A stretch of 20,000 nt of DNA from contig JBDOQK010000054.1 in NCBI GenBank assembly GCA_040437565.1, positions 231,805 through 251,804 on the forward strand. The letters are read 5' to 3'. Below, one piece after another: positions 9,854-20,000 of this stretch. The translations under genes and the position numbers were made by a program. Within the stretch, counting starts at the first letter, position 1. Every line of letters starts with the position of its first letter. The stretch comes from Albugo candida (Eukaryota). A model generated the notes under the pieces. The model saw nothing but the letters and a program-made list of their open reading frames with translations, was not told the origin of the DNA and searched no databases.

Positions 9854-12194
9854 ATGATGCGACCAAGTCCAGGATTTGAAAGGCTAAGCGATTCTTCAGA
9901 GACGAGTGAAACGCATGAAAACTTGAGGCTCAACACGACCCCAGCTCCTGACATCACAGTTCAAACCGAATGTCGCGATCAGTCTTCGTACATCAGCTCT
10001 TTCACACCCGCTCAAGTGCGCCAACGATTCATTCAACTTCATGTTTTCGATCGTCAATATAAAGAACCTTCCTGGATGCATCCAAACATTGGTGGTGGGG
10101 CAGTCTTCTTGGAAGCGCCAACAGAAGAGGATCGAGCATACAGTGAGGAGAAGATGCATTCCACGAAGACTCAACTGAAAGAATGGCCAAGTACAGCAAT
10201 TGGAGGCAATGACATTTTGTCAAGTGTACTGTTCACTGCAGGCTTGACCGTAGCGAAATCTGGTTATTTGGCTCCCGTCGTGCAAGTGGTTGTAATCGTA
10301 GTGATTTATTGCTTCAGATGGATTTTTCAGGAAGTGGTGAGCACTATTCCATTGAATGGTGGAAGTTATGCTGCATTACTCAATGCTAGCTCTAAAAAGG
10401 TTGCTGCAGCGGCGGCCATTTTCAGCATTTTGTCGTATTTGGCAACCGGTGTTGTTTGTGCCGTGTCTGCATCCAACTATCTCAATCATTTGGTGCACAT
10501 TCCTGTCGTAACGTGCACAATTGGTCTTCTCTTTTCTTTTGCACTTCTGTGTGTCATTGGAATTTCGGAAAGTGCTTCTGTGGCACTTGTTATTTTCCTA
10601 CTGCAAGTATGCACGCTTACTGTTCTATGTATTGCTTGTTTTATCTATGGTACGATGCACCCGTCCATTTTTATGCACAATTACAACGTTCCGCTCCCGA
10701 ATGAATCCTTATGGGGACATATGATCACTGGAAGTGTAGAAAATGCGCTTTTCGCCGGATTTGCACCGGCACTTTTGAGTGTTACCGGATTTGAAAGTAC
10801 AGCTCAATTTGTGGAGGAGCAAGCACCTGGCGTTTTCCCAAAAACGTTGCGTAACATGTGGATCATTTCCAGCTTTTTCAATCTAGCATTTTCATTCTTG
10901 TCGCTCGCAGTGGCTCCCATCGAAACGATTCTACTTGAGAGCGACGTTTTACTTGCTTATATAGCTAACGTCTCAGCAGGTCGCTGGCTCGAAGTTGTTG
11001 TATCGATTCAGGCTTTTATTGTACTCGCAGGTGCAGTACTTACATCGTACGTGGGTATCGTTGGCCTTGTGAGACAACTTGCAAGTGATCGTTTATTACC
11101 TCGTTTCCTGCTGCACAAAAATGCTTGGAGGGGTACACATCATTACGTGATATTTGGCTACTTTGGTATCGCCTCGAGCTTGACGCTCTTACTTGATGGT
11201 GAAATCACGGTTTTGGCCGGTATTTTTTCATTCGCTTTTCTAGGAGTCATGATGTCTTTTGTATTGGCGTGTGTGGTGCTGAAGGTTAACCGTGAGCACA
11301 TGGTTCGTGCCCACACAACTTCGTGGACTAATGTACTGTTCTGTGGAGTTATGATTATGATTGGATTGATTTCTAATGCAGCGTCTGACCCGTATGCTTT
11401 GGGGTACGTTTCACTNNNNNNNNNNNNNNNNNNNNNNNNNNNNNNNNNNNNNNNNNNNNNNNNNNNNNNNNNNNNNNNNNNNNNNNNNNNNNNNNNNNNN
11501 NNNNNNNNNNNNNNNTATGATTATGATTGGATTGATTTCTAATGCAGCGTCTGACCCGTATGCTTTGGGGTACGTTTCACTGTATTATGGAGCTTTTTTC
11601 AGTATTATATGGCTCATGCTGGATCGCATAACGATTCTTAAGTGTCTGCTGTATGTTTCCAGACAATGGAAAGTGTTTCTTCTCTCACGTCAAAATGCTC
11701 GATCGCGGCCAAATCCTTCTCAGCGTGGGCTTCCAAGTGCACATTATCGGACTGAACAACAATCGCGTTTTGTGATTGGAAGTGTCATAATAGCAAAAGC
11801 AATTGAAAGCATCAAAAAGACACCAATTATATTATTTTGCAAGAGTTCCAGTCTTCCGAAAATCAATCAAGCTATTTCCTATGTGATCCGCAATGAGCAG
11901 ACGTATTGTCTTCGATTGGTTCATATAACGTCCAGCGATTTGTATGAAAGTGATACAAACGACGATAAATTGACTTATGATCCCAAGTTCGACGATACTG
12001 TGTGCTTGTTTGATCACATATATCCGTCTATGAAAATCGACTTTGTGTCTATTCGTGGTCGATTCGAGCCGATACTTGTGCAGTGGATTGGCGAAAACAT
12101 GAATATACCAATCAATCTGATGTTGATGCGTCAGCCTAGGAGTGATGATAGTTATCGCGTTGCTGCCTTGGGTGTTCGTATCATACTCGATTAG
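9854..12194 (+). CDS. APC-superfamily membrane transporter with a C-terminal cytosolic domain (KimA/YdaO-like motifs), interrupted by an assembly gap
   Basis: About 12 hydrophobic segments with motifs GNDILSSVLF, PLNGGSY, VTGFESTAQ and LASDRLLP. Collapsing the 66-nt duplicate (11350-11415 = 11516-11581) gives one continuous frame to TAG 12192-12194. Confidence 0.85.
11350..11581. repeat. 66-nt exact duplication flanking the 100-N gap at 11416-11515 (assembly overlap)
   Basis: 11350-11415 is identical to 11516-11581. Confidence 0.9.
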
Positions 12195-12506
12195 ANNNNN
12201 NNNNNNNNNNNNNNNNNNNNNNNNNNNNNNNNNNNNNNNNNNNNNNNNNNNNNNNNNNNNNNNNNNNNNNNNNNNNNNNNNNNNNNNNNNNNNNNAAGTT
12301 CGACGATACTGTGTGCTTGTTTGATCACATATATCCGTCTATGAAAATCGACTTTGTGTCTATTCGTGGTCGATTCGAGCCGATACTTGTGCAGTGGATT
12401 GGCGAAAACATGAATATACCAATCAATCTGATGTTGATGCGTCAGCCTAGGAGTGATGATAGTTATCGCGTTGCTGCCTTGGGTGTTCGTATCATACTCG
12501 ATTAGA
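11985..12506. repeat. 211-nt duplication flanking the 100-N gap at 12196-12295 (assembly overlap)
   Basis: 11985-12195 matches 12296-12506, repeating the transporter's 3' end and stop codon. Confidence 0.9.
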
Positions 12507-12604
12507 TCCCACATTAGACATCCAAGGTCAAATATTCAATGATAGGTTCGACCTTAAAGTAAACAGTATGTGCGCTGCCACGTCTACTTGCGATAATTCC
12601 TTAA

Positions 12605-13236
12605 CTTTATACAAATTTCGACTACGATTATGAAGTGGTGTACTATCACCATTTTCTCTGTTGTTTCACGGTCATTTTACGGAAATAATGAGTCTTTTGC
12701 GAAGACCATTGAACCTGAAAGCTCTTCCATAGTGAGACACGATGCAGAGAAGCCTTCAACTTCTATGGTCTCTAGTTTAAGCAATTCACATCGATCAACT
12801 GCAAATATCGATCATACTATAGACGTGTTCCCTGTACCAACTAAACAAACTCCACCAGTGTCAGATACAGNNNNNNNNNNNNNNNNNNNNNNNNNNNNNN
12901 NNNNNNNNNNNNNNNNNNNNNNNNNNNNNNNNNNNNNNNNNNNNNNNNNNNNNNNNNNNNNNNNNNNNNNCTTTATACAAATTTCGACTATGATTATAAA
13001 ATGGTTTACTATCACCTTTTTCTCTGTTGTTTCACGGTCATTTTATGGAAATAATGAGTCCTTTGCGAAGACCATTGAACCTGAAAGCTCTTCCATAGTG
13101 AGACACGATGCAGAGAAGCCTTCAACTTCTATGGTCTCTAGTTTAAGCAATTCACATCGATCAACTGCAAATATCGATCATACTATAGACGTGTTCCCTG
13201 TACCAACTAAACAAACTCCACCAGTGTCAGATACAG
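12605..13236. repeat. 266-nt near-identical duplication flanking the 100-N gap at 12871-12970 (probably two haplotypes)
   Basis: 12605-12870 versus 12971-13236, offset 366, with 7 substitutions. Confidence 0.9.
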
Positions 13237-15204
13237 AGTCAAATAATGTTATCAATCACGTTGAAACACAGCTTCAGATATTACAAATTTTAGAGACTAA
13301 CGTTGCTACAAGTATCGAGAAAATGCAAAGTGATGTTTTACTACAAGTGCAAGACCAGCAATCGCTCCACGAAGCAACAAAACTCTTTCGAGAGCTGCAC
13401 ATTGTACAGGTACCCCCTTCTATTCCATCTTGACAAGCTTTATTTCTATAAATTCCTTTTTATTGAAGAACAATTTGCAAAAGCTTGCAACAGGACTGAA
13501 CGAAACTCTATTTGATATGCAAGTGGTAGAAAAAAACAGCGAGAAAAAATCTCAACAATTACAAAGTGTATTGGATCATCAAAGAGAAGAACAGGAAGAC
13601 GCTTTCATTGAAGAAAATGGTATCAAAGTGATCGACTACGAAACAGGCCAACTCCAAAATATCACCGGTTTATCAAGCACCAAGTCAAAAAAACTGAAAG
13701 ATGTTGATCCAGCGGTATGTTCGCAAAAAGATTGTGAAATAAGCTCATAATGAATGTGTAGGTCCTTCACTATGACTTTGAGCTTTTGGGGCAAATCGCG
13801 GTGCTACTTGGAATCTCGGCGATCGGTGGCATTTGTGCCACATATTTCAACATCCCGCCTCATACTGGTTATCTGCTTGGCGGCGTGCTGGTGGGTCCTT
13901 CTTGCTTGGGAATCGTACATAACTACAAAGAAGTTGAAACCATTTCCTTATTTGGTTCCATCTTCTTGCTTTTCGGACATGGGACAGGATATATCCTACA
14001 AAGGCCACGGGTCTTGAAAATGTATCTGATCGGAAGTTCAGCTTACGTGGTTGCTACTATTGCAACTGTTGCGATTTTGATGTCTTTTATCGGATGGACG
14101 GAGTCAATTTTGCAAGGAATTATCATCGGAGTGGCAGTGTGCTTTACTACGACAGCTCCAATCTACGAGAGATTGCGAGCCAATGAGGTTCATGATACTT
14201 CCTTCGGACGAGTAAGATCTACAGACTCATATCCGCGGAGTGTGCCCTAAGAATTGTATTCGTATTAGACTATCACGTCAATCATCGCCTTGCAAGATGC
14301 ACTAATGAGTTTTGCACTTGGTGCACCCGAGTGGTTCTCAGTCAAATCCTTCAGCTTGGTCAGCATAGCGGCAATACGGTCCATTTTTTCGTATGGAATC
14401 GTTGTATCCGTGTCCTACATGCTGCACACTCGTGTTCTTCCACCTTTAATGCAATTTTTGGTTGATATGGAGCGCTTGCATCATTCACCTTTGGTATTGC
14501 TTGGAGTCGTTAGTGTATGTCTCTTTATGGCCTTGCTCACTGAGTTTCTCGGACTCTCTTTAGAATGTGGAGCTTTTCTAGCTGGTCTCACCTTTATGGA
14601 GAACACAGCTCGAAGCACAAATATGCAAAAGGCGATTGCATCCATTCGTGTCATCGAAAATCTATTTGGCAGCATGTTTTTCGCATGTGTTGGGATGATA
14701 CTAAATCCGAGCTTTTTGATCCGTAATGCATGCGAAATAATCAGTTTGGTTACTTTGATTGTGGGAATAAAAACAGTTTGCACCACTGCGGTCATGCGAT
14801 TCTACAAAGTTTCCTTCAGAAAAGCATTGATTGCAGGCGTCAGTCTTTGCCAGATTGGAGAATTATCACTAATCTTCATGATCAAAGCGCACTCTTCCCA
14901 TCTCGTCACACGTCGGTTTTATTTACTTTTCATTGCAGCCATTGCAGTATTCTTGGGATGTTCATCTTTATTCGAGCGACAAATTGTGCTGGCTAGAAAA
15001 AAAAAATTGTTCCGACTTCCAGCCACAGATGCGAGGAACCAAAAAGTACCAGTTCTACCAAGAAAATCAATCGATTCCAAGCATGAAAAGAACGATAAGG
15101 CCACCTCGCCTTCAGTCATCAAGCGAGATGATACTGTGGAGAGTAGAAGACCCAAGAGTTGTATGCACGCTTCCAGTGTCAAGCCTCAGAATACCTTCAG
15201 ATAA
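12990..15204 (+). CDS. K+/H+ antiporter of the CPA2 family (KEA4-6/TMCO3-like), 4 exons (12990-13409, 13469-13714, 13762-14211, 14269-15204). An alternative 5' copy starts at 12630.
   Basis: Short hydrophobic N-terminus, a coiled-coil region, then TGYLLGGVLVGP, VETISLFGSIFLLF, LQD, GLSLECGAFLAG, FFACVGM and LCQIGELS. GT-AG introns of 59, 47 and 57 nt, all phase 0. Confidence 0.88.
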
Positions 15205-17509
15205 TGCCGATGGGTTTTGGGTCAAAGTGGTCTTATCTGTTCCATCATTGTCTCGGATTTTTGTTGCTGACTCGGAAGCAATTTTCGAACATTCTTCTGG
15301 AACCTGGTAGGCAACTTCCAATTCATGCTCTTCTTGATTCTGGTCGACTTGCGTCTGCGAAAACTCGACTCTATGCTTCTCTCGGCATAATCTATCGATC
15401 AAGTAGGAAAAAGTGTCTCGTGTGTCTTGGTCTGTAAATTCTAAATGAATGGCATTTTGTGAAGATTTTAAAGATAATAAGCATGAAGTAGAAGGCTTCG
15501 CGTTACTGAGGTATTTTCTTCTCTCTGTTGGCGAGCACAACAACCTGTTTTGTGTAATTGTATCTCGACCAGACGTTTCTACGTCAAGTGATGGGTTCCC
15601 AATCTGAATTTGAGTGATGTTTACCAGTTCTACGGAACTCTGAGGCCGTTCGGGAGCTCGAGTTTGATCTTGTGCTGCCACTGGGTCATTATTTTGGACA
15701 AAGTCACCCGCCAGAGCCAACGGGATATCATTAGTCCACCAGATGTGCTTCCTAGCGTGTGTGATTGTTTCTCTGATGCTTAGGGATGAATGCAGTGATA
15801 AAGAGGAGCCGGACCAAGTAGATTTTTCTCTCGAAGGAGGGCAGGGATCCTCGACAAGGTTGACGATCTTTGATCTGGGTTTTCTCTGAATCTGGAATCC
15901 TTCCAAATCATTCAAACGACGTAGAGCTGGATGGAGATGGGAGAACGGATGCAGCTTGCTTCCTTCATGCGGTTTGCTATAGATGGGCTTACTCAAGTTT
16001 TCATTACCCAAAGTGGATGGTAGACGTCGGAAAAAGCTGCTTAAGGCGCGCCTACTACACAATCTAAACGCTTCAAATTTCGGAGTCTTCCTTACCCAGC
16101 GCAAGGTGCTCCCATCTGCAGATAAGAATATCTTTGTGCGGAAGCTCTCTCTATCTTCATGTTTTATGGTGTTGATTCCATATCCCTTCTCTGGGCCATA
16201 TTCAGTAGCACGTAGTTTCTTCTCCAACACACTTGCAAGTTTCTCTTTTCTCTTTTGATTCTGAATGGACCGGCTTTCGAGAAGCTTGGCCTTGCTCTTG
16301 TCCAGCATTTCTTTTCCGTTAACAATCCAAGGATGCGAGACTAAATCACTCGTTTTAGGTCGCTTTGTTGGATCGACCTGTAACATTTCAGCCAGCTATA
16401 TATACAGTATGAACAGCGTGTCGGTCTCACTTCATGTTGATGTCACTTACCAGTTCCCGGATTCTCGGATCGATGTGAATCCAGTCCTTACTCGGGAAAC
16501 GTAATCCAAAGTTATGGGCTCGAAGTTGCGACAATTTCATGGGAAAAGGAGGGTACCCACTGAGTATGATGTAGATCACCACGCCAAGACTAAAAATGTC
16601 CACCTCAATGCCATAAAGCTTTCCATCCAAAATCTCAGGGGCTGCATAACCCGGTGTGCCACAAGAATCAGCCGACAGCTCTCCAACTGTCTTAAGACGT
16701 TTTGCGAATCCGAAATCACATAATTTGACGCCACATTCTCTATGTATAAGAACATTCTCAGGTTTTATATCGCGATGAATGATTGCGTTGGTGTGGCAAT
16801 AATGGAGCGCATGAACAAGTCCAGCGGCAATTTTCTGGGCTTCTATAGGTGTGACTTTGCCCCGTTTCACAACACGATCAAATAGATCACCATGCTCCAC
16901 AAGTTCCATCACCATGTAGCATTTTGTATCATCTTCAATGACGTCATAAAGTTTCATTATGTGTTCATGATCTACATATCGAAGTACCTCGATTTCGTGT
17001 CGTAAGGCTAAGCGATCAATTGGCGATAAGCTGAGTTTATCTACAATCTTACAAGCAAACGATTCGCCACTCATTCGATGTATTACTCTTTTTACAGTTG
17101 AGTAAGAGCCGGCTCCGATATGTTTGATGATTGAATACTCTTGATGGAAACTCAATAAAGATTTCTCATCTTGTCTGTGCATTGGTGGAGCGCTGGAGCA
17201 ACGTTGAATCAATGACATCTTAGAATCCACGATCTTCGCTACCGCTAAATTGTCGATTCTTTCATCATTTGCTGGATTTTGGCACCTTTCAGCCATCACG
17301 TCAACTTTTCCTTCATAGTTGTTATCACTGATTCCAGACGACGATTGATTTTCACTCTTGCCGTTTTTCCACTTGAGGAGATGCCGTAAGCGGAAGCGAG
17401 AGCTACTACTTGAGACACCTCGACGGGCTGTGTGATCACTGTTGCACTGATTTCGTCTAGTGGGGCAGAATTGGTCCGGTTCACCACTTATACATCGTGT
17501 AAATACCAT
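15112..17509 (-). CDS. CaMK-group Ser/Thr protein kinase with a C-terminal split PH-like domain, 2 exons (17509-16451, 16395-15112)
   Basis: Motifs IGAGSYSTV, ACKIVDK, HRDIKPEN, DFG, CGTPGYAAPE and DIFSLG. A 55-nt GTAAGT...TAG intron joins to LAEMLQVDPTKRP...HPW, completing subdomain XI. Confidence 0.9.
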
Positions 17510-17713
17510 TTTGCTTGTGCTAAAGAATTAATGAAACCAAATGGAAGTTATGACTATTTAAATACTCTGTGGCATTTTAATTCAAAAATATCTGGCTAAT
17601 CGAGCAGTTTCAAATATCGCACGAGATCCGGTTCCGAGTGTTGTGTACACCACGAAAATCGTCAATTTGTTTGTTGTAACGTGGCTCAGATTAAAGTGCG
17701 ACGAGCTTCATAT

Positions 17714-18838
17714 TTAATGGGCGACCACTTCATCATCGAAAGCATCCGCTGAGCTATTTCTTAGAACGAACTGAACCGCAGAGTCTTTCGAAGCCTTCTC
17801 CATTGATGTTTTGCTGAATGTATGGACACTATATATGTTGTAGACTGGTTGATTTTTTACTTGAATAGGTGAAAATCAGTACCTGAGATCATTGAAAGCA
17901 GATTCGTATTGAAAATAGTGAGGATCGCTTTCTGGTACATCGAAATCGAGTGACATCTCGCTTGTATAAAAGAGCATAGCGATAATCGCGGATTGACGCC
18001 GTTCTGATGTCTTCATGATACTAGTGTTGTATGTCCTGAAACTATAAGTCAAGAGTTTAGAGTGTTCTAAATTCGTCCTAGCCAAATTGAATCGATACCT
18101 GTTGCCAATAATCACAATATTATCGATACAGCGGCATGTGAGATTTGCAACAAGCGTATTATGATATAATAGCCTCCCACAATGTGGCATGATAAATACG
18201 GTCGTACGCTCAGCCTTGTGGTACCCTCGTACATTAATATTCAATACATTCAAGCCTGCCTCTCGTGCAATAGCTTTATCCGTCTAGACGCCAATAGAAA
18301 ATGTCAGACTCGAACGCGAAATGCATTATCTTGCCTCAGTCATCACGGGATCGTAGATGTCAAAGTTATGAACGCTGTTGTCACCGACTTGTGATCGCAA
18401 CTCTTCGTAAATGTTAATTGAAAGTGCGAGTTGCTTCACTGCATTCGAATTTGTGCAAAAACTTCCGAGTCCATAACAGATAATACTAATACACTTCTCT
18501 TTGTTAGTATCACCAATGCTCCACGTTGATTGCCTCGTATTATTCGTCTCGATTGTTTTTTGAACAATGGCTTGAACCAATTTACCACCTTTGAGCTTTG
18601 CTTTGGCTAATGCAATTGATTTACAAATTTTATTCAATGTCGTTTTATCGGGTGGAGCAGGTACACTATGAGAAACTGACACGAGTTGACATCGGTTATG
18701 ATATTGTGAGTTGTGTCACTATAAAGCACTATTACTCTCAGTTTTTTCTATAGTTTTTTTGCTCGTTTTTGTGTGAAATCGGGCGCGATGCCGCGACTTG
18801 CGCGTTACCAGTATCCACTCATCACCGACAGCTACCAT
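17714..18838 (-). CDS. SRR1: SRR1-like protein, 5 exons (18838-~18736, 18675-18335, 18283-18099, 18041-17883, 17828-17714)
   Basis: Motifs W..V.RK, CYGLGSF...AVKQLAL, YDPVM, TVFIMPHCGRLLYHN, IIGNSF and AFNDLSVHTF once introns of 51-60 nt are removed. The first donor is ambiguous (18735 or 18729). Confidence 0.85.
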
Positions 18839-19472
18839 ACGTATATAAATGTAAATTAGATGAACACCGTCAAGGATATTCGCTTGATGGCGATAATTCA
18901 CTGATGTGAAGTAATGGTGGAATGAAGCCTACAGCAAATTGAGACGAGTCACATTCTAAATTGGAATCAGTCTGCTCGAATAACGTACTTTCGTGCATTT
19001 CGCTCAACTCTGTCAAATATACACATGTTGTGGTCCATACAAACACGAAATTTCTGGGTGAGTAGATGAAGTACTAGAAGCTCTCGCAACCAATTTTACC
19101 GGATTAAAAATCTAGCAACTAGGATTGGTGGAACTTGTTCCAAGGATTCACCCAGCCGTACCCAGCATACCGATAGCAGTGAATTGGCAACATAGTCTGA
19201 ATAGGGAACATCGAGCAGACTCTGACGTGTTTCAATATCTGTACGCTATGTGTTTATGCTAAAGCATCTACAAAACATATGAACGAAGAGGAACAGCGAT
19301 TGCATCGTACACTTAGGTGATATGCACCAGTTCAAGAAAAGAAAAAGGCCATTACATCATACATTAGCTCAGACATAACGCTACACGACTACTTCGTCAG
19401 AGCCATTTTCCTCACATTCCAGCCATACTATCTTTGATCCGATCATTTTGACTATTTCACAGTCTTTCTTGT

Positions 19473-19704
19473 GCATCATTTTCTTGTTTTTTCCAAGTGG
19501 ACCTGGATTGCGGACTTGAGGTAAAAATAAAAGATTATNNNNNNNNNNNNNNNNNNNNNNNNNNNNNNNNNNNNNNNNNNNNNNNNNNNNNNNNNNNNNN
19601 NNNNNNNNNNNNNNNNNNNNNNNNNNNNNNNNNNNNNNGCATCATTTTCTTGTTTTTTCCAAGTGGACCTGGATTGCGGACTTGAGGTAAAAATAAAAGA
19701 TTAT
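19473..19704. repeat. 66-nt exact duplication flanking the 100-N gap at 19539-19638 (assembly overlap)
   Basis: 19473-19538 is identical to 19639-19704. Confidence 0.9.
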
Positions 19705-20000
19705 TGACGTACAATGATTTATCTCTATCCATTTGCTGTGAGAAGACTCAAGAAAACCGAATACCCGGTTTACCAGGGTATTGAAGTCTTGCAACTTTCG
19801 AGTTGCTGTTAGTTCTGTAGACTCGTTGTAGATCAATCATAATTTTTTTTATAATACCACACATAGAGAATGTAGTTTGCTCTGAAGTATCCTCCAGTAA
19901 TTCTGTGCAATATATTTACATGAGCTGAACGAGTTGATTCTGCTGTCTTCTGAAACGGTGTTGCAGGTTGGTTACCCATGACGGCACTTGCTTTTCTATC

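Noticed and set aside
11350-12506. Apparent frameshift and tandem duplication of the APC transporter 3' part
   Set aside because: The duplicates abut fixed 100-N gaps, and collapsing them restores one intact ORF. This is an assembly artefact.
12524-12556. GGTTCGA T-loop-like motif suggesting a tRNA
   Set aside because: No cloverleaf, D-arm or acceptor stem could be built.
12630-13433. 267-aa ORF with an internal repeat
   Set aside because: It reads through Ns and joins two copies of the same first exon.
19473-19704. Direct repeat or possible mobile-element ends
   Set aside because: Exact 66-nt overlap around a gap, the same pattern as at 11350-11581.
1-20000. CRISPR arrays, rRNA, snRNA, RXLR/CHXC effector genes, intact transposases
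   Set aside because: No supporting repeats or motifs were seen by eye. Weak or divergent ncRNAs cannot be excluded without a covariance-model search.

Overview
Gene-dense eukaryotic DNA with very short introns (47-62 nt) and four 100-N scaffold gaps. Gene content and intron size suggest an oomycete, possibly Albugo (inference). Genes in order: 3' end of a pepsin-like aspartic protease (+), an unexplained ~2.3 kb stretch, Sec20-type SNARE (+, 4 exons), M18 aspartyl aminopeptidase (+, 3 exons), an intronless PX + OTU-like protein (+), mannose-6-phosphate isomerase (-, 6 exons), an APC-superfamily transporter with KimA/YdaO-like motifs (+), a KEA/TMCO3-like CPA2 antiporter (+, 4 exons), a CaMK-type kinase with a split PH-like domain (-, 2 exons) and an SRR1-like gene (-, 5 exons). 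The most notable items are the PX-OTU fusion, the kinase with a split PH-like domain, a 93-nt in-register antisense coding overlap, two diverged 5' ends of the antiporter that use different start codons, and a probable GC-AG intron. Every gap is flanked by duplicated sequence, which is most likely assembly overlap. Exon structures were read by eye and have no transcript support here.
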